Source: an uncultured Pseudohongiella sp. (GTDB lineage Bacteria; Pseudomonadota; Gammaproteobacteria; Pseudomonadales; Pseudohongiellaceae). Taken from it: a DNA stretch of 64,000 nucleotides. Positions 18,896 through 28,048 of this stretch are shown here, in pieces; positions within the stretch are counted from its first letter, which is position 1, and the number at the start of each line of letters is the position of its first letter. The translations under genes were made by a program, and so were the position numbers. The notes beneath the pieces are model-generated. The model had not been told where the DNA came from. It searched no databases and worked only from the letters and a program-made list of their open reading frames with translations. The stretch spans positions 966,675-1,030,674 of the forward strand of contig OZ240664.1 of assembly GCA_965198435.1 (NCBI GenBank), read 5' to 3'.

Positions 18896-19771
18896 TTAGT
18901 AGCTGGTGAGCTCATTCCCCTCGTGAAACCGGAATGTTCGAATGATTTCAAGTATATCAACTTCTGCCCGCATTTCATCAGGAAAGGGTTCAAAAGGAGC
19001 TGCCATATTGATGATGTTTACTGCTGCTTGATCTAAAACTGTTTGCCCGGATGACTGCAGAATTCGAACCTCTTCGATTCTACCTGTAGGCCTTAGTGCT
19101 ACAAGCATCCTCACATTGCCATAAATCTGCTGTTGGCGCGCTGCTGCGGGATAGTTTACATTACCTACAGCTTCGATGCGCCGCCGCCAGTTGTCCAAAT
19201 ACTGTGCGTCCTGACCTTTTCTTGTGGACACCGAGGAGATTGTATACTTCCTGGGTCTGCGCGCGTAGGCCTGGCGCTGGCGATCAAGTTGAACCTGCAA
19301 GCTGGCAATAGCTAGACTTAGATTATCTGGACTAACTTCATCAATGGCAGGTTGTTGATTTTCTGGTTCAGGTTTTTCCAGTTGTTGTCTTACATCTGTG
19401 TGATTGCTAATCGCAGTGACGACAGTAACGTCCCGGGCTGACTGTTCGTTAACTATTTGCGGTGCTTGCGGAATCGGAGAAACTTCTTGAATCTGGTCTG
19501 CGTTGAAATCTGACTCGAAAGGTGTCGCAGGAGCAGCGGCTTGATCAAGAGTACCGCTGCCTGTTTGATTTTCCTGTGCAAGAAAATCTGGATTGTCCGG
19601 TGCAATGTTACTTCTATATTGTGCCATTGTAATCTCAAGGGCTGGCTCACTATTTAACTCCTCAAGATAAGTAAAGCCCAATCCGAAAACAATGATAGCG
19701 TGGACGCATGCTGACAAAAAGACAGTAAAGCCGAATCGTTCTTTCGATAACTCTTCGTCTTCGATAGTCAT
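18896..19771 (-). CDS. TonB-family energy transducer
   Basis: N-terminal TM segment and a C-terminal TonB_C-like region (YPAAARQQQIYGNVRMLVAL). Its position between yqgE and gshB matches Pseudomonas tonB3. Confidence 0.7.
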   Translation of the reverse strand: MTIEDEELSKERFGFTVFLSACVHAIIVFGLGFTYLEELNSEPALEITMAQYRSNIAPDNPDFLAQENQTGSGTLDQAAAPATPFESDFNADQIQEVSPIPQAPQIVNEQSARDVTVVTAISNHTDVRQQLEKPEPENQQPAIDEVSPDNLSLAIASLQVQLDRQRQAYARRPRKYTISSVSTRKGQDAQYLDNWRRRIEAVGNVNYPAAARQQQIYGNVRMLVALRPTGRIEEVRILQSSGQTVLDQAAVNIINMAAPFEPFPDEMRAEVDILEIIRTFRFHEGNELTSY

Positions 19772-19794
19772 AGGGGTTCCTGCTGCATTGCTGC

Positions 19795-20751
19795 TTAGGC
19801 TTTTTGGGCAAGCCTTTCCTGGATACTTTCCATGAGGTCGCCTGCAATGTCAGTTCCTTTAGCGGCGTCGATTTCTCTAACGCAGGTCGGGCTTGTCACA
19901 TTGATCTCGGTTAGGTAGTCACCTATTATGTCCAGTCCGACGAAGAGTAGCCCCTTGGCCTTTAAGGTGGCGCTGACCTGACCACATATCCAACGATCTC
20001 TATCGCTCAATTCCTGTGCAATGCCTTTACCCCCAGCCGCTAGATTGCCCCGGCTTTCACCTGATGCGGGTACACGGGCGAGAGCATAATCAACTGGCTT
20101 CCCGTCGATTAGTAAAATACGTTTATCACCAGCGCTGATATCCGGCAGGTATTTCTGCGCCATGATCTGGCGCTTACCGCTTAAGGTCAGCGTTTCCAGT
20201 ATCACGCTGAGATTTGGATCATCTGGTTTTACACGAAAAATCGATGTTCCACCCATGCCATCCAGTGGTTTGTAAATCACATCTGCATGGGTGTCATGAA
20301 ATCCTTTGAGAATGGATTCTGAACTGGAAACCAGAAATTCAGGGCAACATTGCGGAAACTGCGTAGCGAACATCTTTTCATTGCAATCACGTAAGCTTTG
20401 TGGATCATTGATGATTAATGTACCGGACTTTTGTGCTTCCTCAAGCAAATATGTCGAATAGATAAAATCCATATCGAATGGCGGATCTTTCCGCATAAGA
20501 ATCACATCTAAATCGCCCAGGGCCTGATCTGATTCTTCGCCAAATCCAAACCAGTTTTCCGGGTTATCCTTTACTTGTAACTCACGCATCCTGGCTCTGC
20601 TGACACCCTGATCAGAATACAGATCGGTTTGCAGCATATACTGGATTTTCCAGCTACGTTTCTGAGCAGCCAGCAGCATCGCGAGTGTGGTGTCCTTATA
20701 AACAGCAATGGACTCAATCGGGTCCATCACTACTCCCAGTGTTACAGTCAT
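19795..20751 (-). CDS. gshB: glutathione synthetase
   Basis: 318-aa ATP-grasp protein with prokaryotic GshB motifs. Confidence 0.9.
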   Translation of the reverse strand: MTVTLGVVMDPIESIAVYKDTTLAMLLAAQKRSWKIQYMLQTDLYSDQGVSRARMRELQVKDNPENWFGFGEESDQALGDLDVILMRKDPPFDMDFIYSTYLLEEAQKSGTLIINDPQSLRDCNEKMFATQFPQCCPEFLVSSSESILKGFHDTHADVIYKPLDGMGGTSIFRVKPDDPNLSVILETLTLSGKRQIMAQKYLPDISAGDKRILLIDGKPVDYALARVPASGESRGNLAAGGKGIAQELSDRDRWICGQVSATLKAKGLLFVGLDIIGDYLTEINVTSPTCVREIDAAKGTDIAGDLMESIQERLAQKA

Positions 20752-20926
20752 TTGGTTTCTCTCGACAAATTGCAGAAGAACAGGATTTTCATTGGTTGAT
20801 GCGCGGGAAAATCATATCCCACTTTCTTCAATGAAGCGAAAATGAAGCACAGTGATCTTAGTCCGTATTCATGGAATCAGTCTATAATGGGGCTTTCTAA
20901 GCGATATACCTGATTCGGATTATCCA

Positions 20927-21436
20927 GTGCGATCGATCGGCTATACCTGGGGCATTGGCGGGGTACTGCTTTTGCTTGTTTTTGCAATATGTCGGTTGGC
21001 TCCGATGGCTTTTGCCCTGCAAGAGGTAAACCTTTCTTTTTTGCACTGGACGTCATTGATTTTCAGTGTTTGTTATATGGCCTATGCCGAGGGTTATAAA
21101 GGCTTTCATCTGGGGTTTGCGCCAAGAGTTGTATCCCGCGCAACTTACCTGTTTCAGAATCCAAGGCTGAGTCACATGTTATTGGCACCATTGTTTTGTA
21201 TGGGCTATTTCCATACAACCAGAAAGCGTCAGTTGCTATCGATTGGGCTCACCATAATGATTGTGTGTTTTATCGCCATCGCTCGACAACTACCGCAGCC
21301 TTGGCGTGGCATACTTGATGCCGGGGTAGTTGTTGGCCTGGGAATCGGCATCTCGTCTATTGGGTACTTTCTGATGCGTTCCGTATTCGACCCCGCCTAT
21401 AATCCTGTGTCAGCAGAACTGCCTGTAGATCGTTAG
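20927..21436 (+). CDS. hypothetical polytopic membrane protein
   Basis: 169 aa with 4-5 hydrophobic segments and a GTG start. It is the first gene of the glycosyltransferase island. Confidence 0.45.
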   Translation: MRSIGYTWGIGGVLLLLVFAICRLAPMAFALQEVNLSFLHWTSLIFSVCYMAYAEGYKGFHLGFAPRVVSRATYLFQNPRLSHMLLAPLFCMGYFHTTRKRQLLSIGLTIMIVCFIAIARQLPQPWRGILDAGVVVGLGIGISSIGYFLMRSVFDPAYNPVSAELPVDR

Positions 21437-21445
21437 ACATACATC

Positions 21446-22357
21446 ATGAACTCCGAGCAGATACAACTGAATACTTTTGCGATTGTTGTAACCTACAACC
21501 CCGACATTACCGCGTTGTTAAAGCTATTGGGCCAGCTAAACAAGGAAACGGACTTTATCGTAATTGACAACGGATCGCCTGAAATCGGGAACATTGCTGA
21601 ATCAGTTACTGTCTATGAACGATGCACCGAGCTTCTAAGACTTAGTGAAAACCGGGGACTCGCAAGTGCACTCAATATTGGTATCGAGAAAGCTCTGGAG
21701 CGATATGCTGATTACATATTTCTATTAGATCAAGATAGCAGCTTGTGTGATTTGTTTGTCGAAAGGATGGTCGGTGCATACATGGATGCTGAGCGATACT
21801 CTAGTAAGGGGATTGCAGCAGTTGGTCCACGCATCATTAACCCACAAACTATGCGACAAACGCCGTTTAAATTGTTCAATCATTTTGTCCTGCGTTCTGA
21901 TCAACATTATGCGCAGACTCAATCTCATTTTCTCGCTGATTTTCTTATCACTTCAGGCACATTGCTTGTGGCTAAACATGTGCGTGAAATAGGCATGATG
22001 AAAGAAAGCTATTTCATCGATAACGTTGATCTGGAGTGGTGCTTTCGGGCCAAATCTATGGCTTACGAGTTAGTGGGCACCGATGCAGCAGTTCTCTATC
22101 ATGCCATTGGCGAGCGTAGCATGAATCCATTAGTGCGTGCTGGGATAATGGCACAGCACAATCCATCCAGAACCTATTATTCCAGCAGAAATCGCACGCA
22201 CTTATACAGTCTGAGCTACTCGCCATTAGGCTGGAAAATAAGAGATCGAATTCGATTTTTTATTAAAGCGAGCTGGCTCATCCTTTCTTCGCAGGATCGT
22301 AAACAATATTGGCATAACATTCGTTCCGGGATACGTGATGCCAAATCGCTTAGTTAG
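21446..22357 (+). CDS. family 2 glycosyltransferase (rhamnosyltransferase-like)
   Basis: 303 aa with the GT2 N-terminal pattern (FAIVVTYNPD, NGS) and an LLDQDS DxD-like motif. Confidence 0.75.
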   Translation: MNSEQIQLNTFAIVVTYNPDITALLKLLGQLNKETDFIVIDNGSPEIGNIAESVTVYERCTELLRLSENRGLASALNIGIEKALERYADYIFLLDQDSSLCDLFVERMVGAYMDAERYSSKGIAAVGPRIINPQTMRQTPFKLFNHFVLRSDQHYAQTQSHFLADFLITSGTLLVAKHVREIGMMKESYFIDNVDLEWCFRAKSMAYELVGTDAAVLYHAIGERSMNPLVRAGIMAQHNPSRTYYSSRNRTHLYSLSYSPLGWKIRDRIRFFIKASWLILSSQDRKQYWHNIRSGIRDAKSLS

Positions 22358-22544
22358 GGAGCCTCTGATTAATGTTTGCGAGGCAGTTAGTGCAAGGCAA
22401 AAATCAGCGAAAAAGCGCAGTTTATAGGCCATAAATGCGCATTTTGAGCGGATTTTTAACGCAGCAATAACAACGTAGGTAATTATTAATAGGTAATTAA
22501 TAGGTAATTAATAGGTAATTAATAGGTAATTAATCAGAGGTTCC
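22358..22544 (-). mobile_element. MITE-A copy A8 (187 bp, R) with expanded subterminal repeat
   Basis: Starts directly after the TAG stop of the upstream GT. Holds a 58-bp array of the AGGTAATTAAT subterminal 11-mer. Confidence 0.9.
22477..22534. repeat. tandem array of the MITE-A subterminal 11-mer
   Basis: AGGTAATTATTAAT (14 nt) followed by 4 x AGGTAATTAAT. Canonical copies have a single unit. Confidence 0.9.
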
Positions 22545-22555
22545 TTTAGTTAAAT

Positions 22556-23488
22556 ATGACAACATCAACCCGTGTGGCAATCTTGCTCTCTACTTACAAT
22601 GGAGAAAAATTCCTTTGCGAACAACTGGATTCATTGTTAACGCAAAGCCACGACAATTTCATTTTGGTTGCGAGAGATGATGGATCGTCAGACGAAACCT
22701 GGAATATTCTGCAGGACTACCAGGGCAGATACTCGCAGAAGATTTACCTTGCGGAAGGTGACATAACTAATCTCGGTGCCAGAGATAGTTTTGCCTATCT
22801 GATAGACTATGCCTTGCGTTACAAGCAAAAACTAGAACTGGAAGATGCCTATATGTTGTTTTGTGATCAGGATGATGTATGGTTTCCGAACAAGATCGAA
22901 ACGCAACTCAACGCCATGTTGAAATGCGAAGCTGGCAACCCTGGGGCCCCGGTGCTCGTTTACAGTGATCTGGAAGTCGTATCAGAGTCTTTGAAAGTAG
23001 TCGCACCTTCGCTGGCACGTTACCAGGGATTGGAAACCCACCGAAATAGTTTCAATCAAATGGTTATCAGCAACCTGGTCACCGGTTGTACAGCCATGCT
23101 TAATGAGGCATTAGCCAGCAAGTGCCTGCCTGTTTCGAAGAATGCCATTATGCATGACTGGTGGCTGGCGCTGGTGGCATCAGCATTTGGTAAGGTGGTC
23201 TATCTTGATCAAGCGCTCGTCCACTATCGTCAACATGGCAGCAATGCGATAGGAGCGAAGGAGCACAAGCAGGCTGTTGTCACTCGACCTGGATTCTGGA
23301 GCAGGCTGTCTAGTCTGCAACCTGATGACCATCTGTTGGAGGTGGCGGTGCAGGCTAGAGATTTCGCCGATCAGTTCGGTGCTTATCTGTCGGAACATCA
23401 GCGTGCTGGTTTGAAGTTAGCAGGTAAGATGGAGGCCACAACAGGAATTTTGCAGCGCATTTATTACAGAAGAGCACGGCGCTACTAG
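22556..23488 (+). CDS. family 2 glycosyltransferase
   Basis: 310 aa. VAILLSTYNGEKFL..ARDDGSSD..FCDQDDVW is the classic GT2 pattern. Confidence 0.75.
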   Translation: MTTSTRVAILLSTYNGEKFLCEQLDSLLTQSHDNFILVARDDGSSDETWNILQDYQGRYSQKIYLAEGDITNLGARDSFAYLIDYALRYKQKLELEDAYMLFCDQDDVWFPNKIETQLNAMLKCEAGNPGAPVLVYSDLEVVSESLKVVAPSLARYQGLETHRNSFNQMVISNLVTGCTAMLNEALASKCLPVSKNAIMHDWWLALVASAFGKVVYLDQALVHYRQHGSNAIGAKEHKQAVVTRPGFWSRLSSLQPDDHLLEVAVQARDFADQFGAYLSEHQRAGLKLAGKMEATTGILQRIYYRRARRY

Positions 23489-23762
23489 GGCCTGTTCACA
23501 CTAATTGAGTGGCCTCTGCTAGAGAGGATTTTTGCGTCCAGTGAGGCAGAAAGAGTGCCTTATATAAATATATATAAACGATTGATAACAAAGCTGGGCG
23601 CAAAAATGACCCTGGCCCTTCGGGTTGCGGCTAAAGCGGCTAAAAAAACGCCACTTGTCGTTGCTCGTCGCTCATTTGGAACAACCAAACTACGTTCCTC
23701 GCGCCTCAATTCGCGCTTTTTTAGTCACAACAGAGGCCACTCAATTAGTGTGAACAGGCCCT
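23487..23762 (+). mobile_element. MITE-B copy B3 (276 bp)
   Basis: Same termini as B1 and B2. Overlaps the TAG stop of the upstream GT and ends 3 bp from the stop of the 1406-aa gene. Confidence 0.85.
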
Positions 23763-23765
23763 GGT

Positions 23766-26700
23766 TCAAGGAGCGAGCGGCTTTTCAGCTTTTCTAATTT
23801 CACTTAATCTCTCCAGGATTTGTTTGCCAATCGCGGCAGGAGAGAAATTGGTGTCAATAAAGTTTTTCGCACTATCTCCAATGCGTTTAGCGAGTTGAGG
23901 ATTATCAACCAGTTTTTTCATATACTCGCTTGCTTGTTGCACATCGGCGTCAGCCCAACGCTGTCCAGCATTGTACGGTCCGTAGTCAACTTCCAGGTTT
24001 ACTAATTCGTAGTCTACCGCCAGGCAATTATCTTCCGTCATGTAGTCCGTGTTTCCTGACCAGTTGGTTAAGATACAGGGCTTGCCGACTGACATGGCCT
24101 CAGCAGGACCTAGTCCAAATCCTTCAGATCGATGCAGTGATACATAACAATCAGTGCAGTTAATCAGGCTATCGATCTCGTTACGGCTATGGTGTCGGTC
24201 CAGAATAAAAATATTTGACCAACCTTCCAGATTCTTTTGTAATGCCGCCAGGTCTGTTTTTGCCGGGTTGTTCATTTTCAACACCAGACAAACTGACTTG
24301 TCCAAGGCAGAAAAAGCACGCTGAAATGCTTGAACCGTCGCTTTCGTATTCTTCCTTTCAGCAATGCTTCGCGTATCGTACATTGCAAGGAATACAAAAG
24401 CGGATTGTGGGATACCGAAGTTATCACGACCGATCTCACTATCTGGGCTAAGCGCTACATTGTGCCCTATGACGGTGACGGGCAGTTGGGTTTCCTTCGC
24501 TACCGCGTCTTTTACAAATTCAGATGGCACCCAAATCTCATCCAGGAACTCTAACGAACCCAGCCAGTGCTGCGGGAGCGTTTCCAATTCCCAGGCCCAG
24601 AAAGCAATATTGTAACGCGCTTGAAAAAAGTAGCTTGGAAGTTCTGAATACATCAAGGGAATAAAATCACCATTGATATGAATCAGGTTTATATCGTAAT
24701 CAGGTCGCGACGATTCAAAATCCAGCCAATCATAGTTGGTCATGCTCGCTGGATTCCCGTGCTCAAAATTGATGATACCGAAATCTATATTCGCTGCTTT
24801 TAAGGCCCTGGCATCAGCACGTGCCGCTTCTCCTAATCCCATATTGGCTCGAATATAGCCAATGAGATTTACACCGTTTCGAGGTATGAGGGGTTTATTG
24901 GAATAATCAGCCTTTAAATCTTCGGGGATTGCGGCAATGAGTTCTTTCACAGGTACGTCAAAAATGAGCGAACAGTTAACAGTGTGAAGTGATAGATTTG
25001 GGTTGTAATGTGGATCTCCACTTTCGAACAACCAGCGCCATCGTTTCCATAAATAGTTCTCATCTGCATCATTTCCTCTTGGCTCGCGGCTGATGCTTTC
25101 ATGATGGATCAATGTACAGCGGCTGGTCCAAAGATTGCGCAAGCCGTTTTTTCTCAAACGCAGGCAAAAATCTATGTCGTTGCCAACTATTTTTAGTTCC
25201 TCATCGAAACCATCTATCCCATCGAATTTCTTTCTGGACACCATCAAGCAGGCACCGGTGTTGGCGGATACTTCTCGTACCCGCTGGTCCAACTCCATGT
25301 AATGTCCGTCTTTCGGCTTTAACTTATGAAAAAGATGAAGCCCACCGCCGCCGTAGTTGATAAGGAAAATACCGGCATGTTGCAAGGCACCAGCAGGATA
25401 AAGTAGCTTACACCCAATTGCGCCTGTCTCTTTACGTTGGGACAGACTTACAAGTTCCTGCAGCCAGTCTTCCTGAATGATTTCAATGTCATCGTTCAGA
25501 AAGAGCAGATGCTCACCCTTGGCATGTTGCGCACCAATATTGTTAAGTCGGGCCCAGTTAAAGGGCTCATCGCATTCCACGATTTTGAAGTTTTGCTTGG
25601 CAAGATAGTCGAAACCATCCTGGTTTTCGCCGCGACCATTATTGAGGATTATGACTTCAAAATTCTTATAAGTAGTTAAAGTCTGCAGAGATTCGATACA
25701 GGGTTTGAGCAGGCTCAGCTTGCCGAGGGTTGGCATTATTATGGACACAAGCGGGTTTCCTTGAAGCTCCCACTTCAAAGATCGAATGCCATCCTGTTCC
25801 GACGCCTTAGCTGGCAGCGAATTACTATCGAGAAATTGCCTGATTACTTCAAACTCCTGTCGAGCATAGCCACGATTTTCAGAAAGTTCTGGCTCAGACC
25901 ACAATATATTGGGAATACGTTCGATTCGTGCTGCTTCCAGGCTTAGCCTGAGCAAGATTGCGTAACGCAGGGCGCAAAAGTTTTCCTTAGCCCAATCCAG
26001 TTGAAGAAACATCGACTGTTTTCCAAGATAAACACCGCCGACATAGTTGACCGAATAAAGCAAATCAGGAGACCAACTCCAGGTAAAAACAGGATTACTA
26101 TGATGTCCATCACTGTCGACCTGGTCATGGTCACTATAGACTAGCTGCGAACCACTCTCGAGTGCTCTCAGGTATAGCATCTGCAGCGCATAAGGCTGTA
26201 AGGTTTCACCAGCGTTCAAGGCCAGGGCATAGGATTGCTTTTCTGGATCAGGTGGTGCGTCGTCGAGGACAGTGATGCGCGACGCTAGCTTCGGGTACTT
26301 CCGTATCAGCTTTTCAGCAAACTCTCCATTCGCATTGAGTGTTACCAGATGAAATTCATCCCAGCTCTGTTGTGCCAGTGCGCTGAGGCTTTTGGTAAGT
26401 TTTTCTTTGTCTGTCCCACAGTTGAGTATGATTGTAATCGGATGCTTTGAGAGGCAGGCCAGCTTGCGCACGCTCCGGTTTTTATCCCGCGATTGTTCAG
26501 CGAAATGAAACCTGGACCAGGCATTAAACATATGGTTAGCACTAAGCTTATAAAACGTTGTCGATTCACTGACTTTGCCTGATGATTCTGTGCTAAAACT
26601 GACTTCAACCCGATGTTTACCTGCATTGAGACTGGCAAGATCAATACCCTCGTCAAAACCCGCATACATTGAGTGCTCAAGATGTCGATTCTTGCGATAA

Positions 26701-27986
26701 ACATCTGGTCGATATTTCGACGTCCTGGAAGATTTGAAGAGCAGACCATCGATATGCACATCGAAGCTGACAGGTCCCGAATCAGAAATTGCCCAACCTT
26801 GGATCAACAGCTCTTCGACACAAAGAATCTTGCCGTTGCTAAAGCTGTCCAGCTCGAATTTGATATTGGGAGAGGATGAGTTGTTCTGGTTTGCCTCGAA
26901 ACCTTGAGTAAACTTTCCTTTAAGTTTTTTTTTTGAGCCTCCAGGGAGATGTTGGCGGACCTTTCGGCTAACAAACCGCAATGGGCCAGTGATTCTCCAT
27001 GAAGTAGAATTCAGCATACGTCTCACAGCGTTGTCCAGGTCCTCGTGCAGCGCAATGAGTTTTTGATATTCATCATTTTTTAGAGCAAGCTGATTTTGCA
27101 AAGTTTCCTGGGTACGGCTTCTTTTATCAATATCACTGTTCAGCAGGATCATTTGGCGCTGTAAGTTTGAAATATCACTGTTCATCAATATCACTTGGCG
27201 CTGTAAGTTTGAAATCTCACTAAATATCTCTCCGAGCATCTGGTTGTACTCGTTCCCAGTCCAGATGCCCAACCACTTCTCAAACAATTTCGCTCTGCCA
27301 GCAGCAGTAGCTTTATCGGGTAAATATTTATCTTCATCATTGCTTGTGGCAGTGGTTGAACCTCCGCCTTGTCGATAGAAGGCTGTTGTTATGTTCAGAT
27401 GCAGAAAGTCTGTATGTCGGGCAAGTTGCAGCCAGAAATCCCAGTCTTCAAAATCGTCAAAATTTTCATCAAAACGGCAACCCTTGTTAAGAATAGAGCG
27501 GCGAAACAGCAATGAGTGAATGGCGATATAGTTGTCATGCATCAAAACTCGTCTGTCAAAATCTTGAGCAAATACTGTGTTGAGCAATTTGCCGTCTGCC
27601 GTTGTCAGTTGCGTATTTGAATAGGTCGCATCGATATCTGGATTTGATTCGAGTTCAGACAGCAGGGATGCAATGTGTTCCGATGCTATCCAGTCATCTT
27701 CATCCAAAAAAATTATGTACTCGCCTTGTGCTGCATCCAGTCCGGCATTGGCCGCTTTAGCTCGTGGCAATGGATTGCCTGGCGAAACGATTTTGCACTG
27801 AACAGGACCACTCCATGTAGATGCTTCATTTAAATCTTTGCAGGCAGCATCGACCAGAAGGAGTTCGAGATTGGGGTGGGTTTGGCAGGCGACCGATTGC
27901 AGCGCTTCCTGGAGTTCTCTGCGACCAGTAGTTCGGCAAATTATAGAAACCAGAGAGTTGGAACCGGGCACGGTATCAGTAGACAT
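23766..27986 (-). CDS. 1406-aa multi-domain glycosyltransferase (GT2 - coiled coil - GT2-like - GT2 - GT4/GT1)
   Basis: N-terminal GT2 (VSIICRTTGR, FLDEDDW). Coiled coil with the duplicated SDISNLQRQ segment and NSTSWRITGPLRF. Central GT2 (VSIIMPTLGK, FLNDDIEI). C-terminal GT4-like region (SLHRSEGFGLGPAEAMSVGKP). Confidence 0.8.
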   Translation of the reverse strand: MSTDTVPGSNSLVSIICRTTGRRELQEALQSVACQTHPNLELLLVDAACKDLNEASTWSGPVQCKIVSPGNPLPRAKAANAGLDAAQGEYIIFLDEDDWIASEHIASLLSELESNPDIDATYSNTQLTTADGKLLNTVFAQDFDRRVLMHDNYIAIHSLLFRRSILNKGCRFDENFDDFEDWDFWLQLARHTDFLHLNITTAFYRQGGGSTTATSNDEDKYLPDKATAAGRAKLFEKWLGIWTGNEYNQMLGEIFSEISNLQRQVILMNSDISNLQRQMILLNSDIDKRSRTQETLQNQLALKNDEYQKLIALHEDLDNAVRRMLNSTSWRITGPLRFVSRKVRQHLPGGSKKKLKGKFTQGFEANQNNSSSPNIKFELDSFSNGKILCVEELLIQGWAISDSGPVSFDVHIDGLLFKSSRTSKYRPDVYRKNRHLEHSMYAGFDEGIDLASLNAGKHRVEVSFSTESSGKVSESTTFYKLSANHMFNAWSRFHFAEQSRDKNRSVRKLACLSKHPITIILNCGTDKEKLTKSLSALAQQSWDEFHLVTLNANGEFAEKLIRKYPKLASRITVLDDAPPDPEKQSYALALNAGETLQPYALQMLYLRALESGSQLVYSDHDQVDSDGHHSNPVFTWSWSPDLLYSVNYVGGVYLGKQSMFLQLDWAKENFCALRYAILLRLSLEAARIERIPNILWSEPELSENRGYARQEFEVIRQFLDSNSLPAKASEQDGIRSLKWELQGNPLVSIIMPTLGKLSLLKPCIESLQTLTTYKNFEVIILNNGRGENQDGFDYLAKQNFKIVECDEPFNWARLNNIGAQHAKGEHLLFLNDDIEIIQEDWLQELVSLSQRKETGAIGCKLLYPAGALQHAGIFLINYGGGGLHLFHKLKPKDGHYMELDQRVREVSANTGACLMVSRKKFDGIDGFDEELKIVGNDIDFCLRLRKNGLRNLWTSRCTLIHHESISREPRGNDADENYLWKRWRWLFESGDPHYNPNLSLHTVNCSLIFDVPVKELIAAIPEDLKADYSNKPLIPRNGVNLIGYIRANMGLGEAARADARALKAANIDFGIINFEHGNPASMTNYDWLDFESSRPDYDINLIHINGDFIPLMYSELPSYFFQARYNIAFWAWELETLPQHWLGSLEFLDEIWVPSEFVKDAVAKETQLPVTVIGHNVALSPDSEIGRDNFGIPQSAFVFLAMYDTRSIAERKNTKATVQAFQRAFSALDKSVCLVLKMNNPAKTDLAALQKNLEGWSNIFILDRHHSRNEIDSLINCTDCYVSLHRSEGFGLGPAEAMSVGKPCILTNWSGNTDYMTEDNCLAVDYELVNLEVDYGPYNAGQRWADADVQQASEYMKKLVDNPQLAKRIGDSAKNFIDTNFSPAAIGKQILERLSEIRKAEKPLAP
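27130..27213. repeat. 2 x 42-bp tandem repeat inside the coiled-coil coding region
   Basis: Units at 27130-27171 and 27172-27213 differ at a few positions. Each encodes one 14-residue segment, giving (E/D)ISNLQRQVILMNSDISNLQRQMILLNSDI. Confidence 0.85.
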
Positions 27987-28048
27987 ACTCGCAACTGTAT
28001 TAAGATATTCAGGAGCGCAGTATATACACTTTCATCTATGGACGCAGT

